This document shows positions 50,686 through 62,267 of a DNA stretch of 64,000 bases, in pieces; the stretch's first letter is position 1, and each line of letters begins with the position of its first letter. The DNA comes from Antedon mediterranea (Eukaryota; Animalia; Echinodermata): positions 33,490,304 to 33,554,303 of the forward strand of contig NC_092671.1 in the NCBI RefSeq assembly GCF_964355755.1, written 5' to 3'. A program made the translations under genes and the position numbers. The notes below the pieces were generated by a model, which saw only the letters and a program-made list of their open reading frames with translations, did no database searches and had not been told where the DNA came from.

Positions 50686-51215
50686 TCAAGTTCAAGTTCA
50701 AGTTCAAGTTAAAATTTATTGTCAAATACACAGTAAATGAAATTTGCCTTCCAAGGTTAAAAAAAATGCTATGTATAAAACATTATGAACAGTATAAATA
50801 TTAAAATTCTATATAAGGAATAAAATATAAAACGTCTCAAATTATCTTTTAAATTGCTTGTTGTATTGCCTGATTGCACACGGAAGAAATGATTTATTAT
50901 GACGCTCAGTCTTCTTAATTGAAGGAATCATCCTTCCGGATCTACTGAAATTTATAAAGTTAAAAAGAGGATGAGACTGGTCGTTAATTATACATTTTAG
51001 TTTTTTCTCAATAACCTTATCGCATATCATGGGTAGATGGGACGTTTGCACCTATTACCTTCTTAGCCATTTTTATTATTCTCTGTAATTTATTTGAGTT
51101 ATTCTTAGATAAACTATTTAGCCATACAATACAGCAAAATGTTAATATGGACTGTATCATAGCCTGATGGAATAGAGACAGCGCATCTCTGCCAATCTTA
51201 AATCTTAAAGTCATA
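50686..51215 (-). mobile_element. Rex1/Babar-like LINE 3' fragment
   Basis: FHQAMIQSILTFCCIVW...LQRIIKMAKKVIG; IINDQSHPL...KTERHNKSFLPCAIRQYN; (TTGAAC)n tail. Confidence 0.8.
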
Positions 51216-52467
51216 ATGATTAATTAAGTTAAGGGCAAATTTTTCAGACAGCGGGCTATGTGCTTTATCGATGTTTGTTTCGAATGGAATAGTGAGTATT
51301 ATTAAATAAAATTATCTTTAAAAAATTACCGTATCTGGTTTTAGATTGGTAATGTGAATGTTTGGCGGAATTGAGTCACCTCTCGTGGAATAGCCTGTGA
51401 GATGTTCAAAGTACTGTTATTTAAGTAGGATAAAATACTGATATGGCGCCAAGATAATATAGTGCCGAAAGGTACATTATACAGCATTTAAAGTAGAAGG
51501 AAAATAACGTTAATAGGCATACTGTATTCTTCTTTATATTTCAGTGTCTATTTTATTTTAATTCTAAAAAAAAAAGCAAGCAATTTTAAATATAAATGTA
51601 CAGAGTCATCACAAATAATAGTAGGTCTAGTGCTCACTGTAAAATGAAAAAAAAAAATCAGAATCTCGTTAATAAAATAATTTGTAATATACATCTGTAT
51701 CTGTAACATATATTATACGTATAAGCATTTTAACCGAACAATCATCTTTTCTATACTCGTCCTATCCATCTTCTTCATGACTAAAATGTGTTTGGGTGAC
51801 AATTCCGAGCATCCCAATGCCTCCGAAGACCTTGCTTCCGAGATGACGTTCTTTGTGACATCACAGGTCTTTTAAATAAAATCATAAAATACACTTTTTG
51901 GCTCAGATATATACTATTTCGTATGTTTTTCAGCGTTTCCAACTCTGTTTTTTCTCTACGAAAGTAATTAAAAGTGTTCCGTTTAAGATAGTCGTGTACA
52001 GCGCCACCTACCTTAATGATACTAATGTTGACGTTTTCTCGGTTCCTGCTTTTATAGTCTAAATGCCGTCCTCTGGAAATTCCACATTTCATAGCCTTTT
52101 GTAATTTTTAAAATATTTAATGTCATAATTTATTAATAATTTGGTTTACGAACTTTTTATATAGACTATGACCATCTCTGTTGCAAGATTGATGTTTGTC
52201 AACAGAGGGCACTATCAAATGTGTGTAAGAAAGGCCCAAGTCCTGCAGTTGGGCCTTTCTGTAATACATTATCACGTGTTAATTGTACTTAGAGAGAAAC
52301 TCATACACAAGGTAGCCCTATGTATAAGTGACAATTTTTTTATGTTTAGCTCAATTTGGCCAAGTAATGAACTATGGCTACCATAAACGTCATTACATTG
52401 TAATTATGAATTTGCTTTTTTTTCATACTCTGTGGAATCACTTGAATATTTTTATTCCGACATGGAA

Positions 52468-53266
52468 GGCCCTGCAACTGCTCAAAATACGGTATAAAAA
52501 TACGGTATTTAAAATACCGTATTTTTTTCTGCTAAAAATACTTCTTGGGTGGTCGTGCTAAATTTCATCTTTATTACCCAAACTGCCATTCTTGAAGCGG
52601 AAGTCTGTGTTTGACCTAAGAATACTGAGCGTGCGCACTGTAACTCAGGAATTCACACTCTCGATGTCTACCGGTTGTCACACACACTTGGTATGGTACA
52701 CGATCTCCTAATATTGTGTCCAAAACCTCGTAATGTAGACAAGTTATTCTGTCCCTAGCAGACTTCGAGTTGTTGTCCTTTGCAAAGTTGTATTACTTTT
52801 TGAAGCTATTCAGTTTCGTGTTCACTTGCTTCGGATAAAAATCTACATTGTATTCCTGTTTTTGTTCGAAATTACTTTATAAATAGTCCTTTTATTGCCC
52901 CTTAGTTTTCCTGAAAGTTTTGCTTCCCCCCACAAATTAATAGTAAAAACGGTAACTTCTTCGCTCCACATTTTCGCACGTGTGTTAAACAACTGAGCTG
53001 TCACAGCGACAAAAAAACACAACACGATGTTGACCTCATGTCACAGGACAAAAAAGAAACGGTATTCTTTATTGGCAGCAGAAACGGGTACATAAAATAC
53101 GGTATAAATTCGTAAATACCGTATTTTATCCACACATTTTGTGGGGCAAATACGGTATTTTTTTATGAGCGATGTTTCTGCTGCCAAACAAAAAATACGG
53201 TATTAATACGGTATTCATAAAATACCGTATTAAATCCGGTATTTTCTTGGCAGCAGAAACAGGGCT
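52468..53266. mobile_element. PIF/Harbinger-like non-autonomous element
   Basis: GAA|GGCCCTG ... CAGGGCT|GAA with a 3-bp TSD; many AATACGGTAT subterminal repeats; empty site catggaaagcgcaag at 39628. Confidence 0.7.
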
Positions 53267-54045
53267 GAAAGCGCAAGTTACGCCTTGTTGTAAATATACA
53301 ATATGCGCATGCGTATTGTATTTTGAAAATAACCTTTGTTACGTAGTAGGTCAGAAACATATTTTTTTTAATTTGGATAATCAGATCATTTTATATCTTC
53401 CTTGTATGTAGAAATGACGAGATTAATGATCTCGTTATCCGAACATCTCTTATAAATGTTTTAGACGTAAGAGATCTAAGATCTTGTCATATGAACATCA
53501 TTCTCTTCTAAAGGTAGACATGACGTCATAACCGTCTCTTCTAAATCATGTAGATATGATTAATAATCATTCTCTTCTAAAGCCTGGTTCTCACTGAGAA
53601 CGCAATGCAAGATACAAGTCGCAACGTAAGCGACTTTTCCAATCAGACAATAGACGATTACAATTACGTATCAACCATAGGTATTTTATTTAATACAGTA
53701 CCAATAAAGGCTAAGCAAGCAAATTAATAAGCAAAATTAAATACAATATGACTAACACATTTAGTAGATCTAGATCAAGACATGTCAAGTGTGTACTACA
53801 CAGCATTCACACGTTCGATTTTCCATGACGTATCCAAACCCAACTAAAAAAAAATAAAATAAAATAATAGTTTCACTAATTTTTATTGTAATTAATGCTA
53901 TGTGTCTGACCTGCACTGTAAGGTCAAATGTCAGTTAACAGTGAACTACAGTTGACGTTGGTGCGTTATGGTGCGGTATCGTACTTTGAAACGATGTAAA
54001 ATGAATCATTTTACATTTTTTGGTACAATTTACTCACTTTTATCC

Positions 54046-57000
54046 CTATCTTCGTCTTCTGTCCTCTGAAACTAGTTTTACAGAAAAAAAGTGCAATAAG
54101 ATAATGATACAATAAAACAATCATACATTTGAATGTGTAAAATATAATTTTAGCAATTTAGTTTACAACTTTTTGTAATTTTAGACCTTACCTACTTATT
54201 TTGACAATTAATAAATAATCGTCAGAGTTCAACAATCGCTGTGCGATTTATAATCGTTACAAATAATTAAAGCGCATGAGCATGATTCTTATATATAGCA
54301 TGAAATAGTCTAAAACATAATTAATGTTTATGAATGCAATAGAGAAAATAATTTCATAAGGTGCAAGATGAATACTTGCTTATCAAGTAAACAGATCAGC
54401 GTCAAGAAAACAAAACATTGAGATGCAATTTTATTTGCCGGAGCCAGACCGGAGCCGAATCGGAGCACATTTGAACGATGCTTAATACTACTTTTCTTTT
54501 TTAGGCTTAACAGTTGTACCCACTAGAGATTTTGATAATAATTCAATTGAAATAGGAAAATATTAATAATTATATTAATGATAAGTTAAAGGAAGCCATG
54601 TTGTGCAACATGACGATGATTCTGGAGGAGGAGGTTATGTGAGATTGGTTGTTATAGTTAGGGTTTTAGTTATCTCAAAGCTAAGGCCAGGCTATGCTTA
54701 TGGACAAGTACTGCATAATATAAAGTATATATACTGAAAATTATGGTTGAGGAGGAGGAAGTTAATTATTGCATTTATATATTATTATAACGCATTACAA
54801 AATGACTCACTTTATACTTTAATCAATCTAACTTACCGTTAGCGTTATTTACAACAAGAATATGGACACATTAATTATAGATTATTAGTTCCAAGTCATT
54901 AACAAAAAATATATAATGGATCGAGCAAATACTGAAATGAATTCATTTTTTTCAGTTCGTATTTCTCTTTCTTCAACCTACCAATTCGGTTAACTCCCCT
55001 TTGACCTACTCTTCCTTGGAATATCTCTGTAAAGAATTGAAAAAAACCTGTACTTTAATTGAAACATTTGACAATATACATTGACTTTATTGTGTTTTCC
55101 TATGTATTTGTCACATTTCTACATAGCTATGTCGATAATTGTTTATACTATTTAGGAGTAGGTTTGCAAATTTATTACATTTTAACGCTGTTCTTTTTGA
55201 CTGTTTTATTGCAATGTTTTATTCCTACTCACCTCCATCCCGACGAATTCTGCTACCATGTTCTTCTGAAATGCAATAAAACAAGAATACACACGATCAT
55301 GTATGCTTCACTATCATTTTTTAAACATTCTGTTATGGTGCCAAATAATGGCCTATAATTAGTTTGTTCCTTTATTATGTTATCCACTTGTACATAGTTA
55401 CTGAAGTGAGGTTTTCTATTTTCTTTTATAATATGCTATAATTAAATTGATTGGTCTTTATGTAGTCTGTTGCTGAAGAAAAATGACGTTGTATCAAGAT
55501 GATCGTCATCACTGGTATGACCTGAAATGCAGTAGGCCTACATTATGGAAGTTAATGGCAGCCATGATGTGCAACATGGCGATGGTTCTGGAAAAGGAGG
55601 TTATGTGAGATGGGTTTTTAGGTTAGGAGTTTAGTTACTAAAGCTAAGGCCGTAAAGATAGGCTTATGGCCAATAGATACTGTATAGTATACGTTTTTAT
55701 GCAGATTATTATGGAGGAGGAAGTTAGTTGGTGCATTTAATTATTATGATAACGCATTGCAACATAACGCTAACTTTTATACGTTATTTGATAACATACC
55801 GTTAGCGTTATTTACAATAGGATTATTAACACATTAATTATAGATTATTAGTTCCAAGTCATTAAAAAAAATATATAATGGATCCAACAAATACTGAAAT
55901 GAATTCATTTTTTTCAATTTGTATTTTTCTTTCTTCAACCTACCAATTCGGTTAACTCCCTTTTGACCTCCTCTTCCTTGGAATATCTCTGTAAAGAATT
56001 GAAAAAAACCTGTACTTTAATTGAAACATTTGACAATATACATTGACTTTATTGTGTTTTCCTATGTATTTGTCACATTTCTACATAGCTATGTCGATAA
56101 TTGTTTATACTATTTAGGAGTAGGTTTGCAAATGTATTACATTTTAACGCTGTTCTTTTTGACTGTTTTATTGCAATGTTTTATTCCTACTCACCTCCAT
56201 CCCGACCACATTCTGTTATGGTGCCAAATAATGGCCTATAATTAGTTTGTTCCTTCATTATGTTATCCACTTGTACATAGTTACTGAAGTGAGGTTTTCT
56301 AAGCTAAATCAAAACGATAAAGTAAAACAGCCAGAGAAGTTAGCAGAGCTTTCGAGCAACACTAGCCCTTCATCAGTGCAAGTGAAGGAATTTGGATAAC
56401 GTCATATGCAGCATAAGTGCTGCTTGGGTGGACAGGAATACAAGAAATACAACAAAAGGAGAAAGGGTGGTGAATGGTGGGTGGAGACTGAATAAGAGTA
56501 GAAAACAAAGAAGGTAGCTTGGTAGAGATATAAACAATTTTGGAATGAAACTAAAAAACAGCTTAAATGGTGGTTAATATTGAAACTTAAATTTTGGTAG
56601 TAATAATTTTACCGATCTGGGATTATGTTCTTAATGTTAAGTCCAAAAGGTTTTGTGGTAGTAATTCCCAGTGGTTTTTATTTTATTTTTATTTTATTCA
56701 GTTGTCAACCAACAGCGATGAAACCGCCACTAACAGGTTGAATCTAAACATAATAAACTATAAAATGTATTCAAATAAACAACAAAAACATAAACAATGA
56801 TCACAACATTAAAAAGATTTAACAATTTTACCCTTAAATACATTTAAACTATCATAAAATAAATCAATATCCAAACAAGTAACCTATTAAATGTGTTAGG
56901 TAACCGCTGAAAAATACCTCGTTTTGTGCATTCAACACGACCACAAGGAACGTGAAGCAAACACTTGCTGCGAGTACAAGTTGGTATATTCAACTTAAAC

Positions 57001-60000
57001 AAAGCAACAATAGGACAATCATAAACGGAATTGAATGAGTTGTATAAAAAAAACCATATCAAAAACAACACTACGATTTTCAAGAGGAATAAGAGAAACA
57101 TAATAATTAGGACAAGTGCGAGTAAGGAATCTAATGAATTTGTTCTGAACATTATAAACACGCTGAGATTGAGTACAAGAAATTGAATTAAAAATGACTG
57201 AACAGTATTCCAGGTGGGGGCACACGACTGAACGGTACAATGATGTTAATGCTCCACCATTGCCCATGAATCTACAGTTCCTCCATAACAAACCCAGCAT
57301 TCTATTTGCCTTAGATACAACATAATTAAAATGTAAACAAAAATTTAACTTACTATCAATTAAAACTCCTAAATCCCTTTGAGAATTAACATAATCTAAT
57401 TCCTGATCATTCAACTTATATTTGGTTATAATAGGCTTTGTTTTCAGAGTGATACACACAGATTTGCATTTGCTTATTTTTAAAGAAACTTTCCATGTCT
57501 CAGCCCATCCCACAAGAGAATCTAGATCCTCTTGCAGCAGATGAGCGTCGTCAAGTGAAGAGATTACTTTAAACAACTTAAGGTCATCAGCAAACAGAAG
57601 TGATTGTGAAATCTTAAAAACAGAAGGAAGGTCATTAATATACAAATTAAAAAGCAAGGGGCCAATAATTGACCCATGCGGAAACCCAGAAAGTACAGGA
57701 AGCCACTCAGAACAGTTTCCACTGATGACTACCCTCTGCTTCCTGTCAGTCAAATAATCTGAAAACCATTTAAGAAGATTGCCTTTTAAACCCAACTTTG
57801 AAATCTTAAAAACAAGTAAATCATGAGGGACCGAGTCAAATGCTCTAGAAAAATCAGTGTAGACCACATCACATTGCTTCTGACTATTCAAAGCATTGTA
57901 TGCTGTAGAAAGAAGCAATGCGAGGTTGGTCTGACACGATCTTCCAGGAATAAAACCATGCTGAACCGAAGTAATAACTGAACTTATGTTTAAAAACCGC
58001 ATCGTGAACAATTGGTTCGAACAATTTCGATAAAGTAGGCAACAGAGAAACAGGACTGTAATTTTCCATTGCCTTTTTGGAGCCACTTTTGTGAATTGGC
58101 AAGACATTAGCAAATTTCCATGTCATAGGGAAAATTCCAGAGGTTATTGAAAGCTGGTAAATTTTGGAAAGAGGATATGAAAGTGGAGATGCGGCTGATC
58201 TAAGAAGAGTATTACTAATTTGGTCATTACCAATGGCCTTATGAATATTAACATTACCAACTGCTAATTCTACAGAATGTCGATCTACTACTAATGTTGA
58301 CATATTATCAATTGAATAATCAGGAAGATCAGGACATTCTTGCATTCCATGCAAAGAATTATCACTAAAAAAGGAATGAAAAAAAGTATTAAATAAAAAT
58401 GCTTTTTCAGAGTCTGATTCAACAGAAATATTTCCCCGTGACATAACCGAAGGAAAATCACTAGTCTTGTTTTTACATTTCAACCAACTCTCCAGAATCT
58501 CTTTTTATTCGAACCAATTTGTTCAGCAAGTGATTTAAGATAACTATTATATTTTCTTTAACAAAGGTTCTTAAATGAGCGTCGAGCAAAACTAAAATTA
58601 CTTTGAGTCATACGATTGTTGTTTTTCTTCATAAATCTGAAGCACCTTTCTTACTCATACAATACTTTACGTAGTTCTTTATCAAACCATGGAGGTAGTT
58701 TCCTTCTCTTTCTAACTTTAGGGACAACGTCCTTGATAGCAGCGATTAAAAGATCGTAAAATAATTCAACAGCATCGTTAATATTTCCATTAAAATTAAT
58801 TAAATTCCATGGTACATAATTTAGTGTATTGCACAAATCATCCAGATTCATATTTTTAAAATTGTAGAATATTCTATCATTAAAATTGTTAACATTATTA
58901 TTGCACCTCGTATTAAACAAATGATAATCAATTCGTATTGATGAGTGATCAGAATCAAATATGTCATCAGCAGTGTAAACATTTTCAGATAGATTTTGGC
59001 TGCTAATAACCAAATCTAAAATTTTATCTAAACGTGTTGGAAATGTGTTACACTGTAAAAGTCCACAACTGTCCAAGAGAACGTCAATTAAATGTTCACC
59101 CATAGAATTACAAGGTTTACTTTGTCTATATTATTATATATATATATATATATATATTTTAAACTATTTTTATTTAAAAATTGTATTTGATCGTTCGACG
59201 AGTTGCAGATACTCACGTGTACTTCGAATGATTCGGTCGCCGGCTATTAGATAGAAACAAAATATATACTTATGTCAACGATTATCTGCCAGTCATTTTT
59301 ATGGTCAAAGCCTTGTTGGCACAGGACTGGAAATGGTAAATTTAATCACGGTAGCTTTACCTAATTTCATCGGAAGCTTTGACTATCGTTCGTTTTAACG
59401 TAATGTAATGTACTAATGTAACCGTGATGCTAAAAACAACGATTGACATATAACATGTGTGATAACATGAGTCGCACGCGCTTGGATCGGACGTTTTAGC
59501 CAGCGTAGTTAATGTTACCGATACATTTCAAGTTCTATTGGGCAGGTAGTGGTTGGTCAAGTTAACCATCGGAATTGCTTAGTTTAACCATAAGGGATTT
59601 TTGCTTGGTAAATTTAGTCGCCGGCGCTGTTAATATGACCAAATTAGGTCCAGTGCGATCGAGGCTTTAGACTTCAGTTTATCTAACTGGCGCCTTATAC
59701 ACTGTTCATGATTTCATTACACGTTTTGAAAATATAACGCCTTACACACCATCCACACCTACTTTTCCTCTCCCTCACGACGACATTTTTTTTTCAATTA
59801 AGGTACCACATATACAATTTAGCATTTTGCATATTCAAAATGTCTAAATGTTATGTAACCTTCTTACACTGTACTAAACTAAGCACATTATTTTGATTTC
59901 CTAAATTGTCTTTGATCCTTCTACAAGTTGCAGTTACTTACGTTGCTCCTGATGGATTTGGTCAACGCCTATAGAATAACAATGAAACAAAAGTACATCG

Positions 60001-61838
60001 ATATATACAAAAATCAACCGGTAATATACTAAATATATAGGCCTATTAATTTAAAAGGATAAAGATAATGAAATCTGTGAGAATAAGAAATAGCCTCCGT
60101 AATCAATCGGAACTGGAACATTTTGCTTTATATGCAGATGCCCTAACCATATTTATTTATTTATGTACATTAAACCAAAAAGTGTAACATATGCCTGAAC
60201 CTGACTTAGCTTTATATCTATATCTGACAGAAATAAAACATTGTCTCTTAAGAAAAACATGTATAAAAATAAGTAAATTAAACATGCAACATTAGAGATC
60301 GACAAAGAGATTATTTAACAATTTGTAAACTTCTTTATTTTTTATTTCCATTCTAAAATTCTTTTCTTAGAGGAAGGAAACACAAACTGATTTATCTTTA
60401 CAACCGATACTCACCTATATCTCGGCGGATTCTGTTATAAGCTGAAATGCATCCTGCATTGAAATAGAAGTATGTAATTAAAGTATATGTATTTAATAAC
60501 CAATTCATTATTTAATATTATTACTTGATAACAATAGCAGTATGCAATAAAACTGAAAATGTAATAATAATAGGTCATCGATAAAGTACTATGAGAAAAT
60601 AAGTAAACATTTAATCCTCCGAGAGCGGAGAAGGTATCCGAGAATATAGATTCGCACTGAGCACAAGGGATTGTTTGTGGAGGGAAACTATTACGTTGAG
60701 CTAGAGGAGTAAGGCCTCTCATTTTTACTATACCCTGTTTTCCAGTCGACGTTGAGTTACGTTAAGTTGAGTTGAATTTTCAAATCGTTAAAGTTGAAAA
60801 TAAATATAATTTTATATCGATTATCGTGTCGGATCGCTAATATTTACACACTTTTACGCGATCGTTGATTGTTCATGGTTTCTTGGTTTTCGAGCGTTGA
60901 GTTATAATAAAATATATATATTTTATACTTACTTGCACCTTCCAAGCCACGACAACCTTTTTCTTCAGAGTCATACAAATTAGAAAGAGTTAGATAGTAA
61001 TTAAGGTAAATGGCGTGTACACTTGAATACAAAGGATATTTAAAAACAAAGTGAAACAAATTGTATACTTAAAACCGATTTTCCACTAAACGAATTTGTT
61101 CGCGCGAATTCAACGTATCGCAGAAAATAAAATCGTGTTTTCCACTACAAGAGAGGCGATTTTCATATTCATGGCGTATCTTCTGAGCTGAAGCGAAGAG
61201 CTCAATGAACTAGAATTCGTCACAGAGAAGGATTTGGAAAATGGAAACATGAATACGCACACGTATAAGCCTAAAGCCGATTTTCCACTAGGCGAATTTG
61301 TTCGCGCGAATCAAAAGCGCCAGCTTATACGCATGCGTATAGATGTTTCCATCTTCCAAATCCCTCTATACGCATGTGTATAAGCTGACGCTTTCGATTC
61401 GCGCGAACAAATTCGCCTAGTGGAAAATCGGCTTAAGCTGACGCGTTAGATTCGCGCGAACACATTTGCCTAGTGTGAAAATCGGCTTACTTACTCTGGC
61501 ATTGCCCAAATTCAGGCTCCAATAAGAATACGACCAAAAATACTACGACCAACGTTTGTAATCTTCTGAAAATTGTACTAAAAATATTAGTTTAAAAACA
61601 AAACATGGGATTAATAAGGTCAGTGAATATTTAAGCACCTACTCCGCTTCGGCTCTAGATCAAGTACAGTATTAACGACTTTTCGTTTACAGTACGCGCC
61701 ACGCGCATAGTATAGCCGGCTAGCCACGTAGAGCAGCGTGAAGACGAAACAGTGAGATGCGATTTTATTAGCCGCAGCCAGGACCGGAGTAGATATGAAA
61801 GACGCTTTAGTTGGTACTTACAATTGAGCAGCTGCCAT
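54046..61838 (-). CDS. Micro-exon gene copy C (chimeric, with extra micro-exons)
   Basis: B-like exons 61822-61838, 61495-61565, 60933-60962, 60415-60453, 59942-59968, 59217-59243; then phase-1 exons 55944-55988 (IFQGRGGQKGVNRI), 55233-55265 (EHGSRIRRDG), 54982-55026 (IFQGRVGQRGVNRI); last coding exon 54046-54065 (DRRRR*). All introns are GT-AG. Confidence 0.65.
54580..56300. repeat. Tandem duplication, period 962 bp, with two micro-exons per unit
   Basis: 54590-55418 matches 55555-56300 (ORF-track offset 55059 vs 56021). The second unit has a deletion of about 85 bp at 56206 that removes the acceptor of its RIRRD exon. Confidence 0.85.
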
Positions 61839-62267
61839 GATGGTTAGATGTCGAACGTCAGTTTATTACGAATGGTTCATGTATCGACTTTATACCCTCT
61901 TTTATCTAAACCGATGCAATAATAGTAATAGATATACATATTCCAAATAGAATTAAATGATAGCTGATATTTAAAAAATCTAAACATAAATATACAAATC
62001 TATTTATCTAACGTAATTTACGATGTTCGTTATTGTTGTTATTCGAATATCATTAATTAAAACAATGTTTATACTTTTAAATATATTTAGTTTAAGTGTG
62101 CTTATTGTTTTTATATGGTGTATGAAATAATAATTAAAATAACTGACACCTGCTGTAAGAAATATTTTCCAAACCATTCTTTAGAAAAATTGGGGAATTG
62201 TATTGAATAGCTATCATCACAATAAAGTTAGTGAGAAAATTTACAATTTTTTGGATCCAATAAGTAC
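56301..62267. repeat. Recent segmental duplicate of about 41956-49445
   Basis: Offset 14345 bp across the PLE and CR1 (identical CR1 ORF translations); lacks the L2 insertion; retains about 130 bp (60730-60850) deleted at 47680. Confidence 0.92.
56676..59130 (-). mobile_element. CR1-group LINE (duplicate of 42331-44785), adjoining the Penelope fragment at 56301-56675
   Basis: ORFs 57019-58113, 57884-58483 and 58651-59103 translate identically to the first copy, including the frameshifts. Confidence 0.9.

Noticed and set aside
55059-55358. Hydrophobic duplicated plus-strand ORFs (also 56021-56245)
   Set aside because: They have TTG starts in AT-rich intron sequence; the duplication explains the similarity, and the real signal is the minus-strand micro-exons.
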